Assembly (NCBI GenBank): GCA_963841435.1
Contig: CAWJCS010000003.1
Location: 480,001-544,000 of the forward strand
Direction: 5' to 3'
DNA: 64,000 nt
Source of the DNA: an uncultured delta proteobacterium
GTDB lineage: Bacteria > Myxococcota_A > Polyangia > Polyangiales > Polyangiaceae
Shown: positions 9,118 through 18,080 of the stretch, one piece after another
Numbering within the stretch: the stretch's first letter is position 1
Layout of the letters: every line of letters starts with the position of its first letter
Position numbers and translations under genes: made by a program
Notes under the pieces: generated by a model
The model's input: only the letters and a program-made list of their open reading frames with translations
Database searches by the model: none
Told to the model about the DNA's origin: nothing

Positions 9118-12100
9118 ATGGCGCCGACGCGTTCCATCGCCGCTTTCACTTGCTTCATCGCCACCGCGATGCTGTCGCACTCATTGCGTGCAGAGAACGA
9201 ACCGCCCAAGGGCGCGCCGCCCGCGAGCTCCGACAAGGCGCCCAGCGGCTCGGCGCCCGCTCTACCCGAACCGGGAGCTACCGGAGAGGACGAAGTCGGG
9301 GAGGATGACGTGGCCGACGGCGAGGGGGACGAAGTCACGGTGGGCGCGGACGAAGGAAAAGCCGCACCCGACCAGCACGAGGACGATTCGAGCGACAGAG
9401 GAGACTTGGACGACGAAGCGCTTCTAGAAGGCGAAGACCCGGCGCGCCCGCCGCCGAAGGGCAAGGGTGCGGTGTGGGGGGTGGTCACGGAGGATGAGTT
9501 CAAGGAGACGCTCGTCGAGGCGACCGTTCAGGTGCTCGGCAACAAGACGACGACGTACACGGACGTGGACGGGCGCTTTCGCCTGGAATTACCGCCAGGT
9601 ACGTACAGCCTTCGCGTTTCCTACGAGCTCCACAAATCCACGCGCATCGACGGCGTCACCATCGTCCCGGGCAAGGTCATCCGCCTGGATACCGAGCTCG
9701 TACACGATCAGGGCGCCGTCAACGTGTTCGAGGTCGCGGAGGAAGCCGACAAGAGCACGCTCGAGGGGTTGATCCTGGCTCGGCAGAAAGCGACGATCGT
9801 CGGCGACAGCGTCGGGCGCAGCGACATCAGCAAGACGCCCGACCGCAACGCCGCTCAGGCGGCGCAGCGCGTGGTTGGCGCGACCATCGTGGGCGGCCGT
9901 TTCGTCTATGTGCGCGGTTTGGGTGATCGCTACACGGACGCGCTGTTGAACGGCGTCCCGCTCCCGAGCCCCGAGCCCGATCGCACTGCCGTGCCGCTCG
10001 ACCTGTTCCCGACGAGCGTTCTCAACAGCATCACCATCGCCAAAACGTTCACCCCGGACTATCCTGCCGATTTCGCGGGCGGCTCGATCCGGATCGAGAC
10101 CCGCGAGATCCCCCGCGAGCCGCTGTTCGAACTGTCCCTGAGGGGGGGCTACAACACGAACACCACATTTCGCGAGCGCCTCACGTATCGAGGTGGGGGG
10201 CTCGATTGGCTGGGAATCGACGACGGGACGCGAGCCCTTCCGGACGGTTTCCCCAAGGATTTCGTCGGCCCGAGCTACCCGGCCGACCAGCGTACCGCCG
10301 CCGGGCGCAGCATCAACACGTACATGAGCACCACGAAGAGCGGGACCCCTCCGGATCACTCGCTGTCCGTGGTGGCCGGCAACTCCTGGGACTTCGGCAA
10401 CGATCGCAAGCTCGGCGCGCTCGGGACGGTCAACTGGGGACGTTCCTACACCGTGCGGCGCGGCGAAATCGTGCGCATCTTCACCCCGAAGACGCCGAGC
10501 GACACGACCGAATACCACCTCGCGCGCGACTACAAGGCGAGCAGCGGCAACGTCCGAGTCAACTGGGGTGGCTTCGGTAGCGTGACGTACGGCTTCTCGG
10601 CGCAGCACCGGTTTTCCTTGACCGGCATCCACACGACGACCACCGACGACCGCGCGCAGATCCTCACGGGGTTTCACAACGTCCGCAACGCCTACGTCTA
10701 CTCGTCGCGCCTCGCCTTCGTCTCGCGCAACCTCAACGTCGGAATCTTACGCGGTGAGCACCGCTTCCCGAGCCTCAACCACGCAGAGCTCGACTGGAAC
10801 CTCGTGCTCTCGTCGGCGACGCGCAACGAACCGAACCGGCGCGACACCGTCTGGTCCGATGCGGCGGACACCGCACAGCGCACGTACGTCTACGTCGACG
10901 CCGCCGAAAGCGGCCGCCACTTCCACGCCGATCAGACCGAGATTCAGCGCGGCGGCGGCGTCGACTGGAGCCAGCCGATCGGACGCGCCGAGTCGAAGCT
11001 CAAGCTCGGGGGCCTCGTGAGCCTTAGAGATCGCGACTTCAATTCCCGCGTGCTCTCGCTACGCCATCGCCCGGGCGCATCGCCTCTGAACAACCCCGTG
11101 CTGGCCTGCCGCACGGGTAACGTCAACGCCTGCAACGACACGCTGTTCGTCAACAACGACATCGGCAGCACCTCGGCGGAGGCGCTGCAGCTGGTCGAGG
11201 CGCGCAACGACGGCGATCGCTACGACGCGTCGCTCGACGTCCACGCGGGGTACGTGATGGCCGACCTCGAGCTCGGCAAAGCCTTTCGGGTTCTCGTCGG
11301 CGAGCGCATCGAGCACACCCGGCAGGTGATCGAACCGTACAACGCTTCTGGTGTGAAGGATCCGACGCTGAGGGCGGACATCAACCAAAGCGACCTCCTG
11401 CCCGCCGCGAGCGGGAGCTGGAGCGTCAGCGCCAAATCCAAGCTTCGGCTCGCGGTCGCCCGCACGCTCGCTCGCCCGCAGCTTCGCGAGCTCGCGCCGT
11501 TCACCTTCCAGGACTACTTCGGTGGCCGGGTAGAGGGTGGAAACCCGGATCTGAAGCTCACCAACATCACCAACCTCGACGCGCGCTTCGAGCATTTTCC
11601 TACCCTGCGCGAGGTGCTGGCCTGCAGCATCTTCTTCAAGGACTTTCGCAACCCCATAGAGCAGATCATCAAGGCCGGTGGCGACGAAGGCTCCGTCACC
11701 TACCAAAACGCAGAAGGGGCAACACTCTTCGGTATCGAGCTCGAGGCTCGCAAAGGGTTGGGCTTCCTGCACGAAGCCCTCTCGAATTTCAGTGCCTCCA
11801 CCAATCTCACGTTCGCGCGGTCGAAAATCGCGCTGAGGCCGCAAGAGTCGATCGCGCTCGCCAACCTGTCCCGAGCGATGGTCAACCAGGCGCCATGGGT
11901 GCTCAACCTCTCCTTGAACTACCTCGGAGAGAAGACCAGAACGAGCGCCACGCTGCTCTTCAACGTAGCCGGCCCGCGGATCGCGACCGTTGGTCCAGTC
12001 GGCCTCGACGACGTCTACGAGCACGCGCGGAGCATGCTCGACGCAAGCGTGCAGCAGGGCATCGTCGACCACCTAGACGTCAAGCTCGAAGCAAGAAACC

Positions 12101-12255
12101 TGCTAAACTCTGCCGTGCTGCTGACGCAGGGGTGCGGCAACGACGGGCTGTTCCAGAACACCTGGCATTTCAGCTGCTCGAAGGGGAAAGGCGAGGCCGT
12201 CAGCTATTACACCGAAGGCGCGACGTTCGACGTCACGGCCAGCTACGGGTTTTAG
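9118..12255 (+). CDS. TonB-dependent receptor with N-terminal carboxypeptidase-regulatory-like domain
   Basis: TDVDGRFRLELPPGTY; plug motifs VYVRGLGDRY, VPLDLFP, KTFTPD..FAGG; ARPQLRELAP; GNPDLK; C-terminal YGF. Confidence 0.9.
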   Translation: MAPTRSIAAFTCFIATAMLSHSLRAENEPPKGAPPASSDKAPSGSAPALPEPGATGEDEVGEDDVADGEGDEVTVGADEGKAAPDQHEDDSSDRGDLDDEALLEGEDPARPPPKGKGAVWGVVTEDEFKETLVEATVQVLGNKTTTYTDVDGRFRLELPPGTYSLRVSYELHKSTRIDGVTIVPGKVIRLDTELVHDQGAVNVFEVAEEADKSTLEGLILARQKATIVGDSVGRSDISKTPDRNAAQAAQRVVGATIVGGRFVYVRGLGDRYTDALLNGVPLPSPEPDRTAVPLDLFPTSVLNSITIAKTFTPDYPADFAGGSIRIETREIPREPLFELSLRGGYNTNTTFRERLTYRGGGLDWLGIDDGTRALPDGFPKDFVGPSYPADQRTAAGRSINTYMSTTKSGTPPDHSLSVVAGNSWDFGNDRKLGALGTVNWGRSYTVRRGEIVRIFTPKTPSDTTEYHLARDYKASSGNVRVNWGGFGSVTYGFSAQHRFSLTGIHTTTTDDRAQILTGFHNVRNAYVYSSRLAFVSRNLNVGILRGEHRFPSLNHAELDWNLVLSSATRNEPNRRDTVWSDAADTAQRTYVYVDAAESGRHFHADQTEIQRGGGVDWSQPIGRAESKLKLGGLVSLRDRDFNSRVLSLRHRPGASPLNNPVLACRTGNVNACNDTLFVNNDIGSTSAEALQLVEARNDGDRYDASLDVHAGYVMADLELGKAFRVLVGERIEHTRQVIEPYNASGVKDPTLRADINQSDLLPAASGSWSVSAKSKLRLAVARTLARPQLRELAPFTFQDYFGGRVEGGNPDLKLTNITNLDARFEHFPTLREVLACSIFFKDFRNPIEQIIKAGGDEGSVTYQNAEGATLFGIELEARKGLGFLHEALSNFSASTNLTFARSKIALRPQESIALANLSRAMVNQAPWVLNLSLNYLGEKTRTSATLLFNVAGPRIATVGPVGLDDVYEHARSMLDASVQQGIVDHLDVKLEARNLLNSAVLLTQGCGNDGLFQNTWHFSCSKGKGEAVSYYTEGATFDVTASYGF

Positions 12256-12455
12256 CGGCACGACCGCGGTCAAGAGTGGTCGCGAAGGGTCCGTGATCGA
12301 CACGAGGCCGTCGGGCGCTCGCGCGCCGACCGGTGTTCATCCAAGTATCATCGCGTCGACGCCATCCGGAACCGAAAAAGTTTCAGCGACTGACGCACCG
12401 GTCGCCCCGAGTCCGCGGTAAGAGGCTGCCTCGCATCGGCGAAAGGGAAACATTC

Positions 12456-14009
12456 ATGGTCACCGCTCGAGCTTTGGCGATGGTGCTTGCGATCACTTCC
12501 ACCGTGGCGTTCGTTGCTTGTGGAGACAACAGCGACGACAAGCCGCCGTCCGGCACGGGCGGTAGTGGGGGTAGCGGCGGCAAAGGCGGCTCGTCGAGCG
12601 GCGGCAAGGGCGGCTCGACCTCGAGTGGCGGCAAAGGCGGCGGTTCCTCGAGCGGTGGCAAGGGCGGCTCGGGCGGTGGCTCGAACTCGAGCGCCGGCAA
12701 GGGCGGCTCGGGCGGTGGCTCGAACTCGAGCGGCGGCAAGGGCGGCTCGGGCGGCCAGGCGGGCGTGCCGGACAACCAGGGCGGCACGGGGAACGTGCCG
12801 AGCGGCGAATGTGACTTGAGCGGCGAAGGCCTCCCCACCGAGACGCTCCCGACCGACATCGACTCGGACCTGGAGTTGACGAACGACAAGGTGTGGATCA
12901 TCGAGGGCTTCGTCAAAATCCACCCGGGCGCGACGCTCAAGATCCCGGCGTGCACTCGTCTCGAGGGGACGGAGGCGCCGAATCCCGGCGTCCTCGTCGC
13001 CATGCGCGGCGGGCGCCTCGAGGCCGTGGGAACCGCCGACGAGCCGATTCTGTTCACGACTCAGAAGCCGCCAGGTTCGCGCGCGGAGGGACAGTGGGGC
13101 GGCGTCGTCCTGCTTGGTCGCGCCAAGATCGGCGCGGGAACGCCCACCAAGATTTACGAAGGCCTGACCGACGACGACTACACGTACGGCGGCACCAACG
13201 ACGAGGACGACAGCGGTATCCTCCAATACGTGCGCATCGAGTTCGGCGGTTACGAGATCCTGCCCGACAAGGAAGTGAACGGCCTCTCGATGGGGGCGGT
13301 CGGGAGCGGCACCACGATCGATCACATCATGGTGACGAACACCTCGGACGACTGCTACGAGTGGTGGGGCGGCAGCGTCCGCGCCGACTACCTCATCTGC
13401 AACAATGCGGGTGACGACATGTTCGACACCGACGAGGGCTACCTGGGCGGTGGCCAACACTGGTTCGGACGGCGCACGACCGTGGGCGTCATCAGCTCCC
13501 TCGATCCGAACGGCTTCGAGTGGGATGGGACCGAAGGCGGCGTCACCCTCGAACCCGTCACGCACGTGACCGCGACCGACGTGACGCTGTGTGGGACGGG
13601 CGAGCCCATCGGAGAAGGTGGTGGCTCGAGCCCGGAATACGGCATGGTGCTTCGCGAGCTCGTGACGGGCGACATCGACGACCTCGCGCTGCTCGGCTTC
13701 GAGTACGGCATCGACGCCCGCGACAACTTCCAGGCAGACCAAGTCACGATCAAGAACTCCGTGTTCTTCGGCCTGGGAAATGCGGTTGGCGCGCCCGACG
13801 TTGACGACAACGACGGCATGTTCGACGACGCCACGATCTTCACCGGGGACGCCAGCAACGAGCTCGATCCCGATCCGCTACCCTTCACCCTCGATCAGTG
13901 CAACGCGCAAGGTGGCCCGAGCTCCGAAGTCTTGGAATCGGACATCGGCGCCTTCGCTGGCGACGCCGACTGGATGAAGGGGGCGTGGGTCGACTGGGCG
14001 GAGGACTGA
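12456..14009 (+). CDS. Lipoprotein with Gly/Ser linker and beta-helix-like domain (receptor-associated family)
   Basis: Lipobox FVAC; WGGVVLLGRA, YGGTNDEDDSGILQYVRIEFGG, NGLSMGAVGSGTTIDHI, DDCYEWWGG, DDMFDTDEGY. Confidence 0.75.
   Translation: MVTARALAMVLAITSTVAFVACGDNSDDKPPSGTGGSGGSGGKGGSSSGGKGGSTSSGGKGGGSSSGGKGGSGGGSNSSAGKGGSGGGSNSSGGKGGSGGQAGVPDNQGGTGNVPSGECDLSGEGLPTETLPTDIDSDLELTNDKVWIIEGFVKIHPGATLKIPACTRLEGTEAPNPGVLVAMRGGRLEAVGTADEPILFTTQKPPGSRAEGQWGGVVLLGRAKIGAGTPTKIYEGLTDDDYTYGGTNDEDDSGILQYVRIEFGGYEILPDKEVNGLSMGAVGSGTTIDHIMVTNTSDDCYEWWGGSVRADYLICNNAGDDMFDTDEGYLGGGQHWFGRRTTVGVISSLDPNGFEWDGTEGGVTLEPVTHVTATDVTLCGTGEPIGEGGGSSPEYGMVLRELVTGDIDDLALLGFEYGIDARDNFQADQVTIKNSVFFGLGNAVGAPDVDDNDGMFDDATIFTGDASNELDPDPLPFTLDQCNAQGGPSSEVLESDIGAFAGDADWMKGAWVDWAED
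12657..12755 (+). repeat. 39-bp in-frame tandem repeat, about 2.5 copies (GKGGSGGGSNSS[A/G])
   Basis: ggcaagggcggctcgggcggtggctcgaactcgagcg(c/g)c starts at 12657 and 12696, with a partial copy at 12735. Confidence 0.85.
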
Positions 14010-14029
14010 CTCCGGATCCCAAAAACGGA

Positions 14030-14044
14030 TTCCGAAAATCGGAA
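14030..14044. promoter_or_regulatory. Palindromic operator candidate, copy 4
   Basis: TTCCG AAAAT CGGAA; a degenerate neighbour ATCCC AAAAA CGGAT lies at 14016-14030. Confidence 0.65.
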
Positions 14045-14192
14045 GCGGCCGAGCGGTGTGTGCCGTGGGGCCTCGAGAGCCCCGACCCGGCGCAGGACGA
14101 CGCGCTGCGCCGCGTCTCATTCACGATCATGTTGCGTGCGCGGTGCGGCGTGCACGGGTACTCGGTGCAAACACCATGCGAGGTCTCTCACG

Positions 14193-17100
14193 ATGACCCG
14201 GCGGGGAAACGCATCGACGAGGGGCGCGCGCTTTCCGGCGGCGCTCGTCTGGCTCTTCGGGATTGTGCTCCCGGCGAGCCATGCTTGTTTCGCAGAACCG
14301 AGTACCCACGACACGCCACCGGTCGCAGAGGCCGGCTCAGGGGGAACTTCGGGGTCATCGCACGCTGGGTCGACGACCAGCGGCAGCGGGGGAAATCCCG
14401 GCACCAACCCTCCCCCGTTTTCGGACGGTGGCGAAGATTCGGGCCCACCGGGCCCGGGTGCAGGCGGCGAACCAGAGACGATTGGCTTTTCGTGCCACAA
14501 GCCGTCGGGGGAGCCGTTGCCTGCGCGCAAATCCGTCACGTCGAACGATGCACCTGCCACTCCAACGGATGAAACGATCACCGTCACGAAAGCGAGCCTG
14601 TTCGCCGAATTCCAAAACCTGACCTGCGGCACGGAGGGTTGTCACGGCGGTGGCAACGACCCGAACGCCCAGTCGCCCGACGCGTTCACGACGACCATCG
14701 CTTCGTTCGACGAGCGCCCCACGCTCGGCACCGACGCGCTCGAAAGGATCCTGTCGCCCGACCTCGATGTGGTGATGCCCCCAGGCTCGGAGGACGGCTC
14801 GAAGCGGGGACCGAACGATCGCTACCGGCGCTTCGGGGAGCGCTTGCTCGCATGGCAAGCGGCGGGCTTCCCGGATGCGTTCGAAGTCAGCGCCACCGGC
14901 GATCCGATCGACACCAACCTACCGACCGATCCATACGTTCTGGCGCCGCGGGTCGCCACCGCGCTCACGAACATCGGAAGTTGCGTCCCGAGTCAACCAA
15001 CCTCGCTGACGACGGCCGGCGACGAGATGCGGGCGAAGGATGCGCTGTTCGCGGCGGCGCGCACTATCGACGACCTACCGGATACGATCTTCGAGACCGA
15101 CCTCGTGAGCCTGGATTCGTCCGTGCTCGCTCGCCGAGGCGTGTGGAGCTACGCGCCCACCTATCCGCTGTTTTCGGACAACGCCGGCAAAATGCGCTAC
15201 GTCCGCGTGCCCGTCGGCGAGTCCATCCGCTACGACAGCGACCGGCGCGACTTCGTCATCCCCGACAACACGAGGTTCTACAAGACGTTCCTCAAATCGG
15301 TCACCGACAAGGCCGGCAACGTCGGCTATCGAAAAATGGAGACGCGGCTGATCGTCGTCCGGCAGGACGAGAAGCTTGCAGATGGCGGCTATCGCCAGCA
15401 CGCGCTCTTCGCCTCCTATGCCTGGGACAAAGACGAGCGCATGGCACGCCGCGTGACGGACCCGCTCAGGAATGGTCAGCCGTTTGCCGACCGCCTCTGC
15501 CCCTACGTCGTGGACGAACGGGTGACGCGCGACCCCGAAAAGAACCCCATCAGCCCACAGATCAGCGAGACGTGCACCTACATGACCCAGGCGGAGCTGG
15601 CGGATCCAGGCTCCGGACGGATCCGGCACTACGCCATTCCGGGCACGGATCGCTGCCAGCAGTGTCACATGGGCTCGAGCAGCCACTCCTTCATCCTCGG
15701 TTTCAACCCGTATCAGGTCGACCGCCGTCGCGACGGCGAGGGCGGCATCTACGAAACGCCGCACGACGACGAGCTGTCGCAGCTCTCCCGCCTCCTCGAC
15801 TACGGGGTGGTGTCGGGCATCGAGCCGGGCGAGGTGAAGCTCGAAGAGTCGCAAGGGTCGCGCACGCCCCGCAACGACTACGAGCTCAAGGCGCAGGGCT
15901 ACATGATGGGCAACTGCGCCTTCTGCCACATTCCGCACGGCTATCCGGTGGTGCAAAATCCGGTCTTGAAAGGCTTCGAGCTTTTCCCCAATCCAACCAC
16001 CGGCGGCATTTTCCAGTTCTCGCTCGAACGTTACTCACCCCGAGCCAAGGGCGGGGCGGAGCAGCTCGTTAAGATCCCGTACGTCTCGCCCGCCTTCGGT
16101 GACCTGAGCTTCGCCGATACCACGAATGTATCCGGTGCCACCGAAAAGACGTTCGAGCTCTCCGTCGCCCCCGTGATCGACGCGGACTCTTATCCCATCG
16201 ATTGGGATCCCGTCACTTTCCAGTTCACCCTCCTCGGACCCTGGCGAAGCTTGATCTGGCGGAACACCTACACGCCGTTCACCTACCAGGAAGACGGGGC
16301 CATTTACGTTCATATGCCGCGCAATGCGCCAGGCTTCGACTGTCGCGTGCAGCACATCATGGCCGAGTGGATGCTCAGCATCCCCACTCAGCCGAAGCCG
16401 CTCGGGCTTTTGACTCGCGACTACGACCAGCCAGTCGTCGAGGTCACAGAAGAAAACGCCGACGACTACAATTACAAGGCCGCGATCTACGACGCCGCGC
16501 GCCGCGTCAAGGAATACAACCAGGGGGTCACGGGGAACTGGTGCCCGAACGACGACGATATTCTCGACCCCAGAGTCGTTCTCACTCCGATCGATGCTGT
16601 CACCGGGAAGCCCAAAATCGTCTCGCCCCCGGACGAAGGCATCGGCGGGCCGCGCATCGTACCGGACTATCCGGACCCGGGCAGGCTCGCCGACAACGTT
16701 CCGGATCACGCCCACTGGGTCGTCACGGACATCACCGATCCCGCAGATCGCTGGACTCCTCGGCTGCCAACTTGGAGCAAGCTCATCGCCACCCGTGAGC
16801 AGGCCCCACCCGAGGCACTCGTGGGAGTGGTCGACGAGCTCCAGAAAGTGCACGCTTCCGACGAGTTCCGTGACTTCGCGCGTGAGCCGTTGCCCATGGG
16901 CCTTTGGCACGAAGACTGCCAGTCGCAACCGGAGGTCGCTGCCTTCCCGGAGGTGCGCGAGGTGTCTCTCGACGAGCAGGGCGGCGCGCTGCGGCGCTGG
17001 CTCAACGGCGGCGTGTTCGAAGAAGACGCCGGTGCGCCGGGGACGAAGAAAGTGCACTTCCAGAGCCGCGGGGAGGCGGTGTTCCGCGCGATCTGCCAGA

Positions 17101-18062
17101 ACTGCCACGGCAGGGAGGCCGACTCGCGGAGCCCCCTCGCTTCGACGATCCTCGAGATCACGGGCGGCAAGACCCGCGTTGCAAACTTCGTCGCTGGCCT
17201 CTTGGGCCCCAAGAGCGCGCCGGGAGCGTTCGCCCGGGAGGAGTTCCTGGTCGACCTCGGCGCAACGCCCGAGGACTGGCTCACGCGCTACGTCCTTTAC
17301 ATGGGCCTCGGCGGTACGACGGCGCAGATCCCGCAGGTGGTGCTCAACCTGGTCGCAACGAGCCCGTTTTACGGCAACGCCGTGATCGCTCCCGGCGGCG
17401 ACAATCCGAACATGCTCGGGTCCGCTCAGAAGCAGTGCGCCGCGGTCTTGTCGGCGCCGCGAGGGCTACCCGACCGGTCCCCGCCGGCGCCCTGGCTGCT
17501 TCAGGCGGAGTTCGCCAAAGGCACCGCGCACTACGAGCTTTGGGAATCCCTGTGCGGGCACGACAATCTTCCGGTCGTGCACGTCTTCGAACATGGGACA
17601 GACAAATTCAGTCCGTGGGTATCGGGCTACGCCAACATCTTTCGTGCCGTGGACGACACGGGCGGCTGGATCTACCCGACGGACTGGCCCGTGGGCAATC
17701 AGCGCGGCAGCGTCGATACGGGGATCAACGCCAACAACGTACTTCCCTGGTGCATCCATCCCACCTCCGACGCAGAGCTCGATCTTATCACGGCTTGGGC
17801 CGCGGACGTCGGGCTGAGCCCCTCGACGGTACCGCTCTGTCCCTCCACGTTGTTCGCACAGGCTGCCGGACTGCCCGTTTACCACCTTGCCCTGGACTAC
17901 AACGGTCCTCTCAAGGATGTGCCCTTCGGTAACCAGGACTACTCGCGGCGCTTCCTCCTGGCAGGCGCCATGAACGCGGGCAAGGCCGCGCTCGAGCACC
18001 TCAAGGGTCTGACCCGCGGTGAGCTCGAACCGGCGCTCCCCTACGACTTCTGTGTTCAGTGA
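14193..18062 (+). CDS. Large multiheme c-type cytochrome, probable lipoprotein, with an SO2930/HNE_0200-like central domain
   Basis: Possible lipobox SHAC; heme motifs CGTEGCH (CX4CH), CQQCH, CAFCH, CQNCH; PLFSDNAGKMRY..FYKTF..ETRLIV..YAWD signature. Confidence 0.7.
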   Translation: MTRRGNASTRGARFPAALVWLFGIVLPASHACFAEPSTHDTPPVAEAGSGGTSGSSHAGSTTSGSGGNPGTNPPPFSDGGEDSGPPGPGAGGEPETIGFSCHKPSGEPLPARKSVTSNDAPATPTDETITVTKASLFAEFQNLTCGTEGCHGGGNDPNAQSPDAFTTTIASFDERPTLGTDALERILSPDLDVVMPPGSEDGSKRGPNDRYRRFGERLLAWQAAGFPDAFEVSATGDPIDTNLPTDPYVLAPRVATALTNIGSCVPSQPTSLTTAGDEMRAKDALFAAARTIDDLPDTIFETDLVSLDSSVLARRGVWSYAPTYPLFSDNAGKMRYVRVPVGESIRYDSDRRDFVIPDNTRFYKTFLKSVTDKAGNVGYRKMETRLIVVRQDEKLADGGYRQHALFASYAWDKDERMARRVTDPLRNGQPFADRLCPYVVDERVTRDPEKNPISPQISETCTYMTQAELADPGSGRIRHYAIPGTDRCQQCHMGSSSHSFILGFNPYQVDRRRDGEGGIYETPHDDELSQLSRLLDYGVVSGIEPGEVKLEESQGSRTPRNDYELKAQGYMMGNCAFCHIPHGYPVVQNPVLKGFELFPNPTTGGIFQFSLERYSPRAKGGAEQLVKIPYVSPAFGDLSFADTTNVSGATEKTFELSVAPVIDADSYPIDWDPVTFQFTLLGPWRSLIWRNTYTPFTYQEDGAIYVHMPRNAPGFDCRVQHIMAEWMLSIPTQPKPLGLLTRDYDQPVVEVTEENADDYNYKAAIYDAARRVKEYNQGVTGNWCPNDDDILDPRVVLTPIDAVTGKPKIVSPPDEGIGGPRIVPDYPDPGRLADNVPDHAHWVVTDITDPADRWTPRLPTWSKLIATREQAPPEALVGVVDELQKVHASDEFRDFAREPLPMGLWHEDCQSQPEVAAFPEVREVSLDEQGGALRRWLNGGVFEEDAGAPGTKKVHFQSRGEAVFRAICQNCHGREADSRSPLASTILEITGGKTRVANFVAGLLGPKSAPGAFAREEFLVDLGATPEDWLTRYVLYMGLGGTTAQIPQVVLNLVATSPFYGNAVIAPGGDNPNMLGSAQKQCAAVLSAPRGLPDRSPPAPWLLQAEFAKGTAHYELWESLCGHDNLPVVHVFEHGTDKFSPWVSGYANIFRAVDDTGGWIYPTDWPVGNQRGSVDTGINANNVLPWCIHPTSDAELDLITAWAADVGLSPSTVPLCPSTLFAQAAGLPVYHLALDYNGPLKDVPFGNQDYSRRFLLAGAMNAGKAALEHLKGLTRGELEPALPYDFCVQ

Positions 18063-18080
18063 CCGGCTCCTCTACTCGCC

